64,000 bases of DNA from Octopus vulgaris (taxonomy: Eukaryota): NCBI GenBank assembly GCA_951406725.2, contig OX597829.1, positions 12,462,001 through 12,526,000 on the forward strand, written 5' to 3'. Position 1 is the first letter of the stretch, and each line of letters starts with the position of its first letter. The notes beneath the pieces are model-generated. The model was not told the origin of the DNA. It was given only the letters and a program-made list of their open reading frames with translations, and searched no databases. The position numbers were made by a program, and so were the translations under genes. Shown one piece after another: positions 1 to 12,647 of the stretch.

Positions 1-159
1 TCATGGTGATCAAGGTGAAATTCACAACGCATCATATACATGTATTATTTTCATATTCGCAAATTTGCTCCTGTAAACTGATAGAAGAAAACTGAAAGAA
101 GCCCGTTTGTTCCCAACTTTGACCATCCATAAATTCAAAATTTGGGAATTTATTTGAGC

Positions 160-900
160 AACTGTCTTTGAAGACTTATATGTCGTTGAATGCTAGAAAC
201 GAGGAGTAGATAGTAAACCGATAACTAATGAAGGGTCTATCGTTGTTACTTCTCCTGTTTTCAAGATTTTCTGTCGTTGTTTGCGTAATTAACTCGCTTG
301 TTTTCATTCTTCATTTTGCTTACACAGTTGGTGACGTCCTGTACCCAAATATGCACATATATATATATATATATAATATATAATATAAATAATATGTAAA
401 TATATGCATATATACATGCATATATGTACATACCTACATCTATATGTATCTATACTTGCATAAATGGGTACTGGACATAGAAAAAACGTTGAACACAATG
501 AGAAACGAAAACAAAAACAAAAACATGAAAACGAACTTTTTTTCAACAACGAAAAAACAGAGTACAAGACATACAACACAAGGAATATTCCCCTTCTTCA
601 GTTGTCTCTGTTTAGTCTACTCCGCGTTACGAAGGTAAGGACAAGACGCGACTTCGTTGAAACAGTCCTTCCCGCAAAGCAAATTAAATAAAATTTGAGA
701 TTTTTTGCAGAGGGGTAAAAGTGGTAACAAGAACAGGTCAGTAAGAACAAAACAAGACAGTAAAAACAATAAAAGTAAAAACAGTAAAGGACAGAACAAA
801 GAGAATAAAACAGTAAAACAAACGATGAGGGCTGTTAAGCCAAGACGCTCTGAACGCTTGAGGAGATAGCTTATAAGAGAGACAGGATAAGCGGTCTGGT
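160..900. repeat. Two related PLE-pLTR-like repeat remnants, tail-to-tail around an (AT)n tract, each with a decayed hammerhead-like motif
   Basis: gacgtcctgtacccaaatatgca (~332-355, +) matches the reverse complement of ttgcataaatgggtactggacat (~456-478). Both pieces carry ctgtyt..gaaga/acga..G(A/T)AAGNGGAGTAGAY-type motifs (~163-212 +; ~613-665 -). Confidence 0.35.
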
Positions 901-1550
901 CTTGTTGAAGATAGCAGTTGGAAAGATGGCTTCCCCTTTTTACATACCTGTAACTTAGGGGTTTAGCATAAAAGGTTATAAAATAAGTACCAGCTTTGGA
1001 AAACTATAAGTACTGGGGTCTATACGTTCGAGTTTTAAGTGAAACAAGTAAAAGTTAAAAGATATATATACGTGTGAATGAATGCATAGTAAAAACGCAG
1101 AGGCACAGAAGATAAAATAAAGATAAAAACAAGCAAATATATACACATGCGCACACACACTTGTAGATATATACACAAATGTATGTCTGTACATACATAC
1201 CTACATAATACATACATATATACATACTTAGAGAAATTGCTCTGACAAAAGCAGCTTTAATTTTCTTTGGTCATTCAATTTACCTCAATTGATCAATAGA
1301 CCAATTGAGTAAACCTATCAGTAATGTACCTATAATGACTACTGGAAACAGATGTAAGCCAAATTTGGTCTAACAAAGGAATTATATGTAATGTCCATTA
1401 TTTTTAACTTCTTAAATATCACTCTATAAAACCCAGTTTATCTGAAACCTTTCCATGGATTTACAATATAGAACTTGGGGCTCTACCAAAAGATTACTAG
1501 GATTACGGTTTCAACTTATGAAAATCCCACAGCCTACACTTCTTTGTCAG

Positions 1551-1890
1551 TCATAATGCTTATGTCGAATGTGGCATTTGAGCCCTGCGAACGATTTGCA
1601 AAGAAACCCGCAGATGTTGCATATATGGGGATTACGCATCAATGCGCAACGGTATATTTGTAGCCACTTTTTTCTTTTGCCTTGCACCCATAAGCCTGTT
1701 AATTCTGGTTGAATACGATGATCTCCATTTTTCTCGCTCCGTGGTTGTTTAGTGAAAGGTTTCGTGGTCTATAATGACTGCTGAGACGTTACTTTTCAGA
1801 TTATCCTTATATCTGAGCCATAGTCGACCAAACTTTCTGTGTCTACAATCAAGCTATCGATTTCGCCAATCTTACACTTGCTAAACAAGT
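1551..1890 (-). mobile_element. RTE-clade LINE 3' end remnant (C-terminal C2H2-like finger)
   Basis: Minus strand translates to HICNICGFLCKSFAGLKCHIRHKHYD*, matching the CxxC..S.xGL.xH.R.H tail of RTE ORF2 proteins. Confidence 0.6.
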
Positions 1891-2209
1891 CGACACATAT
1901 ATATTTACCAAATGAAAGACAGAAGATGGAATATACGAGAATATATTATTAATCAACAACAATTATTTCGACACATCTAGCATCGACTACTCTTGTGGGA
2001 CACACAAAACTGGTTCAGGAGTATCCGGTGGTGCAGACGTATTTCGTCGGGTGATAAATAGATAAGAAAAAGACTCGTTGGAATGACTGTAGAAAAACAG
2101 CCAGACGGAAGAAAAATTCTTCATATATACAGAAAATGCAAAAATCAAACCGCAGAAGACAATAAGAGAAACGAACACTTAATCCAGCGAGAAAAGTATT
2201 GAAAATAAC

Positions 2210-4080
2210 CGTATAAGAGGGCTATTAGGAACAGTAATGGCCCCAGAACAGTTCCGTGGGGGCCACCACTTAGGACTTGAGTTTCCTCAGAAATGGCACC
2301 ATTGGCTGCAACTATCTGACTTCTGTTTTTAAGGAAGTCAATCAGCCACTCTCCCAGTTTACCAGCGATGCCAAGGTCTCGTAGCTTATGACTTATCATA
2401 CCATGATCTACCTTATCAAATGCCTTTGCAAAGTCAAGGTATATCACACTGACATCTGAATGGTCAAGCAGTTGTTTCAAAACCCAGTCATAGTGCCGTA
2501 GGCGCGGTAAGAGGCAGCTTCTTCCTGGACAGCTATGTATTGTTCAGTAGGTCAATTTCTTCTAGGAACATTATCAACTTCAAATAATGACTCTACGTGC
2601 TTTTGTTCATGCAGTGACATCTCAGAGTAGATGTGGCCTACTGGATATTTGATATGTGGGAAGTTGAAATCACCCAGGAAGGGTATGTTGATGTTCTGAT
2701 CTAGGTTTGTTTAAAACCTCTTCGATGCGTTTGAGGCTATCCTCAAATATTCCATCTTATTTTGTGGTATTCGGCGGATGATGTATTGTGTATACAACTA
2801 CATCAGCTTGCTTTATATGTATTATTAAGGTGTTGCAAAGTGAGTTTGAATGTGACAATAATACAAGAGGTGTGACATCTTCACGGATGTACATAGCAAC
2901 TCCGCTGTGCTTTCTTCCTCTTCTGTCTGTACGAAAGAAATACATCATACACTGCTATGTGCACTTCCGCATCTGTTACATCAGGGGCTAGATGCGTTTC
3001 AGGGCGTGCCATGCATAATGCTTGATTGCATGTAGCAAGTTCTTTTAGATAGAGAATTTTACCTGTTGCTGAGTTGTAGTAGTGGGTGCGATATCGGGGT
3101 AGGTGCGATATCCTGAGCTTGTCACCTGGGTCGGTCTTGTGCGTTCGAATGCATGGCTTTGACAGCTGCAGTAGTATCTTCTGGGCCATGTTCAGAATAG
3201 ACTTTTGTTCGAAAGCTGCTGTTCGTACAGCATATTGCCTTTTGAGGGGTGCAGAATGCATGCGTTGATCTCTTTTCCTACTCTTTTCAGATCCATGCTC
3301 GATGATTTCTCTCTGTTTTTGCTGGTTTTGTCTTGGGTTTCCCTGCTTTTGTTTTGATAAGTTTTGGGATGGGCAAAGCCTCAGCCCTCCCTCTCCTGTT
3401 TCTCCATGGCAGCAGGTGCCATTAAGGTGAAATTTACATGCAACCTGGGCTCCGTCCGTTTCTATCCTTATGCTTCTTCGGTTTTCCTTTTGGCATTTTG
3501 GGTTTTTTGTCTTTTTGCTTGTCCTTCCTGTTAACTTTGGACATCAGGTCATCAGGTTTGCTGGCTGTATCAGTTTTTTGTCTGCTTCTGTTTATCACCA
3601 CAGTCCAACTTTGACTATTCTTATTGCAGTTGTTGCTACTGGCAGTGTTGGTTTTGGGACCAGTAGTGTTCGCAGATTCTTTTTCAGTACTGTTTTTGGG
3701 GTCAGTGATGTTTGCAGTTTCGTTTTTTACACTGTCTGTTTGTCCTTCATTGGATTCCAGGCATGCAAGGTCGTCATTGAACACTTCTGTCTCCTTCATT
3801 ATGTTTTCTAGAAGATTGATAAACGGCTTGACAAGAGCATAGAAACGTATGAACTCGTGTTTCTTTCGAGCAATCTGTGCCATGGACCTATGGTAAGCAT
3901 AGCTTTTGAAGACCGCCGCTATCCGGTCGTTGGACGGAGGACCCTCGCTCATGCTCCATCCTTGAATAAATAGACGGGGCTCTTCTAACTGCCAATTTCG
4001 ACGCAGCTTTTGTATTTTGTTTGCCTGAATGTGACTCTGTATGAATTTGCTGTTGTTGGTGTCCATCTGTTGATTTTTAT
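2210..4080 (-). mobile_element. Degenerate CR1/L2-group LINE: ORF1, APE endonuclease and partial RT
   Basis: RT motifs VIYLDFAKAFDKVDH and SGGPHGTVLGPLLFLI (2145-2480). APE motifs ETHL, RTDRRGRKHSGVAMY and GDFN (~2660-3060). Basic low-complexity ORF1 at 3434-4066. Many frameshifts. Confidence 0.85.
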
Positions 4081-4480
4081 TGAATAAAGAAGAGAGAGAG
4101 AGCCGAAATGTTCAGAGAGAGAGAGAGAGTGAGAGAGAGAGGGAGAGAGGGAGAGAGAGATTAATAGGGAGTTTGCGAAAAGGATACGGATGTTTGTATC
4201 GAAGAGATAGAGAAAGGAAAGTTCAATGAGAGATGGAATATGAGATAAAGAGTCTGAATCAAGTGGTGTCGTTACGTGTAGGAGAAAAATAAGGTGGTCT
4301 ATAATAGGATGGGAGAAAGGGAGAAAGAAAGGTATCGTAGATGATTCCAAAATAGTGTACTTTACATGGGTGCAAAAAATCGAAAAATATAACTTTAGAA
4401 ACGTTCTGAGAGAACGATAGAGAGAAATAATGTTTAAGAGGAGAATGTAAGAATTTAAATGTCGTGCAACTTTATGAACG

Positions 4481-4519
<39 letters not shown>

Positions 4520-4753
4520 CGAAAGATAAAATTGATGTTATGTACTGAAAATGGATTCAGAAAGAGAATGTTTTTAAGGAGACAATCGAGAAATATTTAA
4601 CACTAGGAAAGTTTAAGGCAGAAGAAAGAAAGAGGTATGGTGTCACTAATTGCATAAAAGGAATCGTGGTAATAAGTTTTAAGGACGTTCGATAAAAAAC
4701 GAGGTAATGAACGTTAAGTAGGTTCGAACAAAATATTTATTTTAACTCTGAAT

Positions 4754-4803
4754 GTACATCAATCAGACATCTACATAGATATGTAGATGTCTGATTGATG
4801 TAC
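4754..4803. repeat. Perfect 24-bp-arm palindrome with a 2-nt loop
   Basis: gtacatcaatcagacatctacata-ga-tatgtagatgtctgattgatgtac. Confidence 0.95.
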
Positions 4804-5194
4804 TTGGTGCAGACATGGTTGTATTTATTATTATTATTATTATTATTACTATTATTAATATTAATAGTAATTTTTATTGACTTTTATAGGTTTATAATTT
4901 TATGAACTGAACTGTGTCTTTTTTTATTTTTTATGTACAGGTCTGATTTAAATTTAAATGTGAGTGTGCATATATTTTCCTGTAGGTTAGTTTTGGAACT
5001 AGTAGCCCAATATGTAGAATAACTGTGTTTGTTAATATATATTGATATATTTTGTTTTGTTTATTTTGTATTATTGTATTAATGAGTATATATATATGTG
5101 TAGTATTATGAGTGTCTATGCACACGTTTTTATATTTTATATTTTTATATTTATATGTATAAAAAAATTTGTTCACACTTATAATAAATTAAAT

Positions 5195-5305
5195 TCTCTG
5201 AAGAGGCCGTGGGACATCCTTGTTAATGTCTCATTTATACCTGCCTTATATGGCTTATAGGTTAAATGAGGCATACTTGCCCTTACGGCCGAAACAGCTG
5301 TCAGA
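5195..5305 (+). ncRNA. Type I hammerhead ribozyme with extended stem II, in an AT-rich PLE pLTR-like remnant (~4805-5488)
   Basis: tct-CTGAAGA-ggccgt...acggcc-GAAA-cagctg-TC-aga. Intact core, 6-bp stem II base, palindromic stem III, GUC triplet (cut after 5302), short stem I. Confidence 0.8.
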
Positions 5306-5486
5306 TATGATATAATTATATATTATATTTTATATTTTATATTTCTAATTCCTTGTCTAATTATATTTACAATATATTTTGTATAATGCCTTTACTGTTA
5401 TGTAATGGTGTAATAAAGTATTGATTGGGTATCATCTGATGGTTGATGTTTGATTGATTTAAGTATGTTTCTCCATTTTCTAATTT

Positions 5487-5543
<57 letters not shown>

Positions 5544-5574
5544 GTGTGTATATGTTTGTGTACCTGTGTTTATC

Positions 5575-5752
5575 CCCCCCAACATCGCTTGACAACCGAT
5601 GCTGACGTGTTTACGTCTCAGTAACTTAGAGGTTCGGCAAAAAGACCGGTAGAATAAATGCTAGGCTTACAAAGAATAAGTCCTGGGGTCGATTTGCTCG
5701 ACTAAAAGGCGGTGTTCAGCATGGCCATAGTCAAATAACTAAAACAAGGGAA
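5575..5752 (+). mobile_element. SINE family 1, 3' half
   Basis: Matches the 3' half of the copy at 16998-17390 (gcttgacaaccgatgctg...ggggtcgatttgctcgactaaa.ggcggtg). Confidence 0.85.
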
Positions 5753-5814
5753 AGAGTAAATGAGTATGTAAATATATACGTATGTACGTATATGCTAGAT
5801 TGTGAATGTATGCC

Positions 5815-5909
<95 letters not shown>

Positions 5910-6668
5910 TTGTGTGTGTGTATTTATATGTATAAACGTCAAAATATATATGTATGCAGACGCTTATGTGCATATGACGATGAAGTTGCGTCCACATATA
6001 TATGTGTTTGTGTTTGTGCGTGTATGTGTGCGTGCGTGCGTATGTGTGTATGTATGTGTACGTGCGTGCGTATGTGTGTATGTATGTGTACGTGCGTGTG
6101 AGTCGATATATGGATATGTATTAGTACGTACATGCACATATATGTTTGTGTGTATATGTGTATGTACATATGTTTGTGTGAGTGTAGATGTTTCTAACAC
6201 AGGAAGATTTGTCTACGTATTGTGACAAGATGGTTGTATGTATTTCTCAAACACATTCTAATTCAAAACCCTTTCATGTCCAAGATATTTTCTTGTCATC
6301 ACAACATACAAAAATAACATATAAATGTATATAATTAAGTATGTAAGTCTTCTCTACGTATAACTACAACAATAAATATTATATAAATAATTACAACTTC
6401 AATACAACTCTTTTATCTATTTAAATTTGTTGGTATTAAAAAACATTATTGCTTAAATTAACACATACTAATCATCTATATTTATCATTTTCTCGGAGGA
6501 ATAATTCCGTAGTAGACATGAATAGACACCTAATAAAAATTTCTCTCGCTGTTTACTTAATCTATCGCAGGGAGAATTCCTTAAGCATTCCTGAAATGGA
6601 CTTAAGCCTGCAAATGCGATAAACAAAATACCTCATGCATACATACATACATACATACATACATACAT

Positions 6669-6720
<52 letters not shown>

Positions 6721-6722
6721 GT

Positions 6723-6935
6723 GAAGGCGCATGGCTCAGTGATTAGAGCGTCGAGCTTACGATCGTGAGGTTGTGAGTTCGAATCCCGGACCGGGCTACG
6801 TGTTGTGTTCTTGAGCAAGACATTTTATTTCACGTTGCTCCAGTTCACTCAGTTGTAGAAATGAGTTGTACCTGGGAGGGTAACTTTCTAGGTGTAATCC
6901 CACAGTCAGTCATGGCCGACCGAAGGGGTTCTCAG
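6723..6935 (+). mobile_element. tRNA-derived SINE family 3
   Basis: A box TGGCTCAGTG, B box GAGTTCGAATCCC, then cttgagcaagaca core. A related tail fragment lies at ~13072-13285. Confidence 0.8.
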
Positions 6936-6974
<39 letters not shown>

Positions 6975-7325
6975 GCTACAGTAATGGAAATCAAATTTAT
7001 TAATTTGTTAGTGGTGACCAGATTTGAAGTTTCTAAAAAAAATTACCGTTATTCGCACACCATGAAAGGGAGAATTTAGTGAATCGACAGAAATCATCAA
7101 TACGAAGGAAACAAGTAACAAGAACAGTTCCCGGTGAACTAATCAATATTATTATTTACAAAATAAAGGGTGATATATGGTGCAAATCCAAACTCTATCA
7201 ATACTTTCAGAAGTAACAAACAACATTGTTGCAATAAGAATACAATTTATAAACTATACAATACCATAATAATTATTAGTTTGGTTATTAAATGTAGTTA
7301 GTAAGTGAAATGAAACAGTTTTTAT

Positions 7326-7427
<102 letters not shown>

Positions 7428-7590
7428 GCATGTATATATGCATATATATATATATGCATACGTATATATAAATATATATACATATGGAGTTAATCCAAAC
7501 ATGAAAACACAAGAGAGAAAACACAACAACGCGAGGACGTGGAACAAGTATAGTATTATTGGACGCTCAGGAAAGAAGGGAAGAAAGAGG

Positions 7591-7625
7591 GTTTAACGTT
7601 TCGAGCGGAGCTCTTCGTCGGAAAC
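7591..7625 (-). ncRNA. Minimal hammerhead-like motif within a short (TA)n-embedded PLE-type repeat (~7485-7680)
   Basis: Minus strand: gttt-CCGACGA-a-gagc-tcc-gctc-GAAAC-GTT-aaac. Stems I and II pair; the core has a U4C change; palindromic AACGTT stem III. Confidence 0.6.
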
Positions 7626-7743
7626 ATAGGAAAAGGAAAGCTCCAAAGAAGGGAAGACGGAGGAAAAAATCGCCAACGGTATACATACATATACATACAC
7701 ACACACAAAAAAAAATATATATGCATATACGCACATACATATG

Positions 7744-7791
<48 letters not shown>

Positions 7792-8269
7792 CATATATAC
7801 ATATACATACACAGGGACACATTTACACATATATACATATATATACATATAAACATACATATACATATATATACACATGCGTATACATATATATATACAC
7901 ACATACACATATATACATACATACGCACATGTGCAGATATACATATATACACACATATACACATTTATACACATACATACACATATCCACATATACATAT
8001 ATATATATATATACATACACACATATACTCATATACACATATATATGTACTTTCCTATATATACGCTGAAGCACATACATATGCTAACTATATATCGATT
8101 GTGTCAGATGAAAAAACATGTCTGTGTATAGAAGAGCTTACATGTATATACACAAACATATACTTATCTATACATGCACATATATGTACACTTATACAAG
8201 TATAGATACGAGTCCAGATATACACACTTAATACAATTTCCTAAACACGAATTTAGAATAGTATGTACA

Positions 8270-8990
8270 AGATAAAACACTCTCACGTCTTTCATTGAGC
8301 AATTTCTTAGATGTTAATATCAGATATAATTCATTTATACACAGGGTCCATCTAACGTTATTTTATGATTTTATACGATCTAGCATGCCTAAGTATATTT
8401 CAGTTTCTTTTCTAAGATTTTTTACTATCCTTCAATTCCCAGATTAGTCTATTTAGACAAGCACTGTTAAATCTATCTCTATTCCTAAAGGTCAATCCAT
8501 GGTTTGCTACCCGTTTTTTAATAAAATTTTCCGTAGACCCTATGTAAAATGAAATGTTCTTCCGTATTCACCCTACATCTATATGCAATATAATTCTGTA
8601 AACAAAAAATATTAAATAAACATTTATCCTTATATCTACAATCATAGTTTCTAGCTGGATCATTATTTGTAATATTATTGTTATTTTTTCTTCTATTATA
8701 AAAATTGCCTAAATATTTATTATTAAAGGAGGAGATAATTCTAAACAAAGTTTTAGATACTGAAAGCCTATTCTAATCCTTTTATTATTAAATATTTTAT
8801 AATATTTATGTTCTAAAGTGCTTAGATATAGATCTATAAAATAGCTTGACCAGATTCGTTTTCATTTGTCGTTCGCAAGGAATGATAAACCAAATATAAT
8901 TATCTTCATTATACTTAACATCATTGGGTGTATTTGGGTTGGCATATGGCATACATTTATTATCATTAGAACTAAATTTATTCAAATATT
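8270..8990 (-). mobile_element. Penelope-like element 3' part (linker and GIY-YIG), Naiad-type
   Basis: IWFIIP..KTNLVKLFYRSISKHF; YDCRYKDKC (CxCx5C-like); IAYRCRV. Confidence 0.75.
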
Positions 8991-8999
8991 TGTGCCTAG

Positions 9000-10134
9000 A
9001 ATGCCCAGAATTATTTTGAAAGGTCAAAAAGAAAATTTCCTTCCCAACCCTAAAGTTAGATTAATTGGCCAGGAAGTTCTGACCTAGGCAAATTTAGTAA
9101 AATTATTCTAGATAACTATATACCCAAACTGAAGAAAAATTTGAAATTAGATATCTGGTCAAATACCCAGGAAGCCAGTAATTGACTTGACGAATTAGGT
9201 AATAAAAGTAGAAGTATATTCATTCAATTAGATATTAAAAAAATATTATTCTTCAGTTAATCTAATTGTATTAAATAGTGCACTTATTTTTACTAATAAA
9301 AATTCTAACCTAAGTTTAAGAGAAATTAAAATTATTTTGGAAGCTAGGAAGTCCATCATTGTATTCGATAACTAGTACTGGGCCAGAAAAAATACTCCCG
9401 ATTATTTTGACATTAAAATCGGCTCAGCCGATTCAGCCCAAGTTACTGATTTAGTACGTATTTATATACTATATCATTTCCACAATTAATTCCCGGAAAT
9501 TAAAGGTGGTCTCTATAGAGATGATGCACTATTTCTGATCAATAGTAAATCCAATAGAAAAATAAACCTATATATGAAAAAGTTCCATATTATTTAAAAA
9601 AAGATTTGGTTTATCTATCTCTATAGAAAAATCAACATGATTCAGTTAACTACCTAGATGTAAATCTGGATGTTGTTACTGGCCTATACAGTCCCTATCA
9701 TAAACCCAATAGTAGTTTAAAATAAATCAACTTTCACAGTTAATCGGGCTGATAACATTTTGGAACGCGTTTCATATATGTCATCTAATGAGGAAATATT
9801 TTATAATAATGTAGAATACTATAATAATGCAATTCAAAAGGCAGGGTACTGGAATATTATAGTATACTGTAATAAGAAAGAGATCTACAACAAATCTTAT
9901 CATAATAATGGAAAACTGATAGACAACGAAGCGGGTGCATATAATAGTAGAAAGATATCCAATTTATTTGGAAATAGCAATATGATTAAAAATAGCATTG
10001 ATATTAGTCAGAACAAGAGTAGTAAATATACCCTGAATAAAAATACAAATAGAAATAAACTTAGGTCTAATGATAATAAATATACGCCATATGCCAACTC
10101 AAATATATCCAATGATGTTAAGTATAATGAAGAT
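9000..10134 (+). mobile_element. Penelope-like RT segment, inverted relative to the adjacent 3' part
   Basis: FIQLDIK; FDIKIGSADSAQVTDLV (MGSxDxAxxxxLV motif); GLYRDDALF; thumb region in ORF 9760-10488. Ends in a linker duplicated in 8900-8985. Confidence 0.8.
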
Positions 10135-10559
10135 ATGCATGTACATGTATACGTGTACATGCAACTATGCATGTACACGTATAGAAATCCACACACACAC
10201 GCGTACACACACACACGTGCCCATACTCATACGCGCACACACACATTCATACACGTGCAGGTAACCATACGGGTACAGTTATATTCAAATGCAAGTCTAA
10301 AAAACATACATGCTATATATGCATATTCTCACACTCGCGTGGACTTCCACGTGTATATGCAACCATACACATGTTCTTATACATGTACATATATACATAC
10401 CTTCACACACGTACATACACACGCGAGCACATGCACAAGATATAAGCACATGCACAAGAAAAGTGCAGGGCGGAAGGAAAAAGAGTAAAAATATATAAAG
10501 CAATAAAAATATAAAAATATATCTCTATAAATATGTGAAAAAATATGTAAAAGATATAT

Positions 10560-11390
10560 AAGAAATATATATAAAAAGTATAGAGATAAAATGCTTGTAC
10601 GTGGACACAGTATAAAATGCAGGTTCTATCTGTGATCTTAGGGGACCAAAAACGTAACAAATATTTAGCCACACATGGACATAAGCCAAAATGTTCAGTT
10701 CTTGAATTTAGACATGTAGTGGGGTCTAAGCTACATATGAGCCATCTTTCCATATCACAATGACACCACTTAACATTGCTGTTGGTGTAAGGCTTGCACT
10801 TGGCTAAGATCTTCCAATAGATGATATAACTGGCAGCTTTATCTTTTAAGGACCATATGTGACTGGATAATTTGCTCGTTTTCCTTTTATCCCAGTGCCT
10901 GATGCTCAAGGTGTGGTTATTGAACTGGGCCTTCAAATTCCTCTCTCTAAGGCCCACATATTTCTTTGTCGCAACTGTGCCATTATTGGTTGTAGAGTCT
11001 ACGGCGGCTTCATAAATGATGGTCTTGGACATGCAAGCTCCATTCAGATGGCACAAATTTTTATCCCTGCATGAACATCTGGTTTCATATTGTAGTTTTT
11101 TGTGTTGTGTGCGATTATATTTTTAAGATTAGTAGTTGAGCTGAAACTGATTTTTAAGTTAAGTTTATTGAAGAGTTTTCTGTAACTATGGTTGACTGGA
11201 AAATGTCTATCTATCAGTGCTAAGAAATACTTGCCTATATTAAAGTTCACTTCGGAGGAATAGTGGGGTGTGAACCAGAGACTTTTACTACGCCTATGCT
11301 TCCTTTTCTTTATTATTGGACTAGTGACAGGTGTATAGGTTATTTCCTCGCTAAAACCACTATTAAAAATGTCCCTGTCCGAGGAGAGGC
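10560..11390 (-). mobile_element. Penelope-like element 3' part (GIY-YIG), Naiad-type
   Basis: NIGKYFLALIDRHFP..KLFNKLNLKISFS; CSCRDKNLC (CxCx5C); IIYEA...KYVGL; SKLSSHIWSLK. Confidence 0.85.
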
Positions 11391-11475
11391 TAAAAATTGA
11401 GCTGTGGCTTTGATTTTACCATATGTATATATATATATATGTATATATATAATATATATATGTATATATATATAA

Positions 11476-11518
<43 letters not shown>

Positions 11519-11528
11519 CAGAAAAGGA

Positions 11529-11625
<97 letters not shown>

Positions 11626-12486
11626 GTAAGTGCAATCATATTTCTACTATCCCTTATTTAACAAACCTTTTCTTCTATTCAATTATCATATTTTCAATGT
11701 TGTTGTGTTCGTGTTGACATTGATTGTGTGCAATATACCGAAACAAATACCACTTGAAACGACAATAATAATAATGATAATCAGAATGATAATTATGATG
11801 GCGATCTCCAGAACCGAGTCTAGAAGTTTTTAACAAGGTTATGCACCTAGTAATCAATTATCAGTAAATTAAAAAAAATTCCTTGTTTTTTTTTAAAACT
11901 CAATCGTTAAACACACCGTTCGATCTAGTGAGTAAAAGTCTTTCAATACACTTTCTTCTTCCCTCCTTTCTCTCTTGCACTCTCTCGCTCTCTGTCTCTG
12001 GCACTCTCTCTCTAGCACTCTCTCGTTTACACCCTCTTTCTCCTCTCTTCGGACATTCTATTATTTTAACTTCCTAATGTTTTTATTTGGCAATGCAACT
12101 CTATTTCACTGACGCTTTCTCGACACAACCTTGCAGATTCGTTTATTTTTTACATTTTTATTTTATTTTTTGGCAACAGGTCCTTTTTGTTGTATTTTTG
12201 TCTTAGTTTGCATTGGCATTCTGTCTCTGTTTCACCCAATTAATCAACAAGGCACCGGTAAAAAACAAATAATATGTCTGGACGTGTGAACGAACCCTGA
12301 GAATGGCGACATACCGACAGCAACTAGTCGACTTGTCGTCGCATAGAGCACGCACTGCAAATTAGCCAAAACAATCGACCTCAACACATTGTACATATTG
12401 ACTTTTGCAAATCTAATTTTTTTTTATCGACCAAGTTAAAACCATGACTAAAAAAAAAAGATAATGAACAATTCTAAAGAATATTG

Positions 12487-12647
12487 GTTTCAAATTTTGA
12501 CACAAGGCCAGCAACTTCTGGGGAGGAAAACGTCGATTATGTGACAGTAGTTCTTAATTGGTACTTATTTTATCAACCCCGGAAGGATGAAAGGTAAAGT
12601 CGACCTCGGTGGAATCTGAACTCAGAAAGTAAAGGCGGACGAAATGC
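12487..12647 (-). mobile_element. SINE family 2, partial
   Basis: Shares ctgagttcagattccaccgaggtcgacttt and gataaaataagtacca with the other family-2 copies. Confidence 0.8.

Noticed and set aside
6723-6800. tRNA gene
   Set aside because: A and B boxes are present, but there is no closed acceptor stem and it continues into a SINE body; treated as a SINE head, as were 16998 and 24460.
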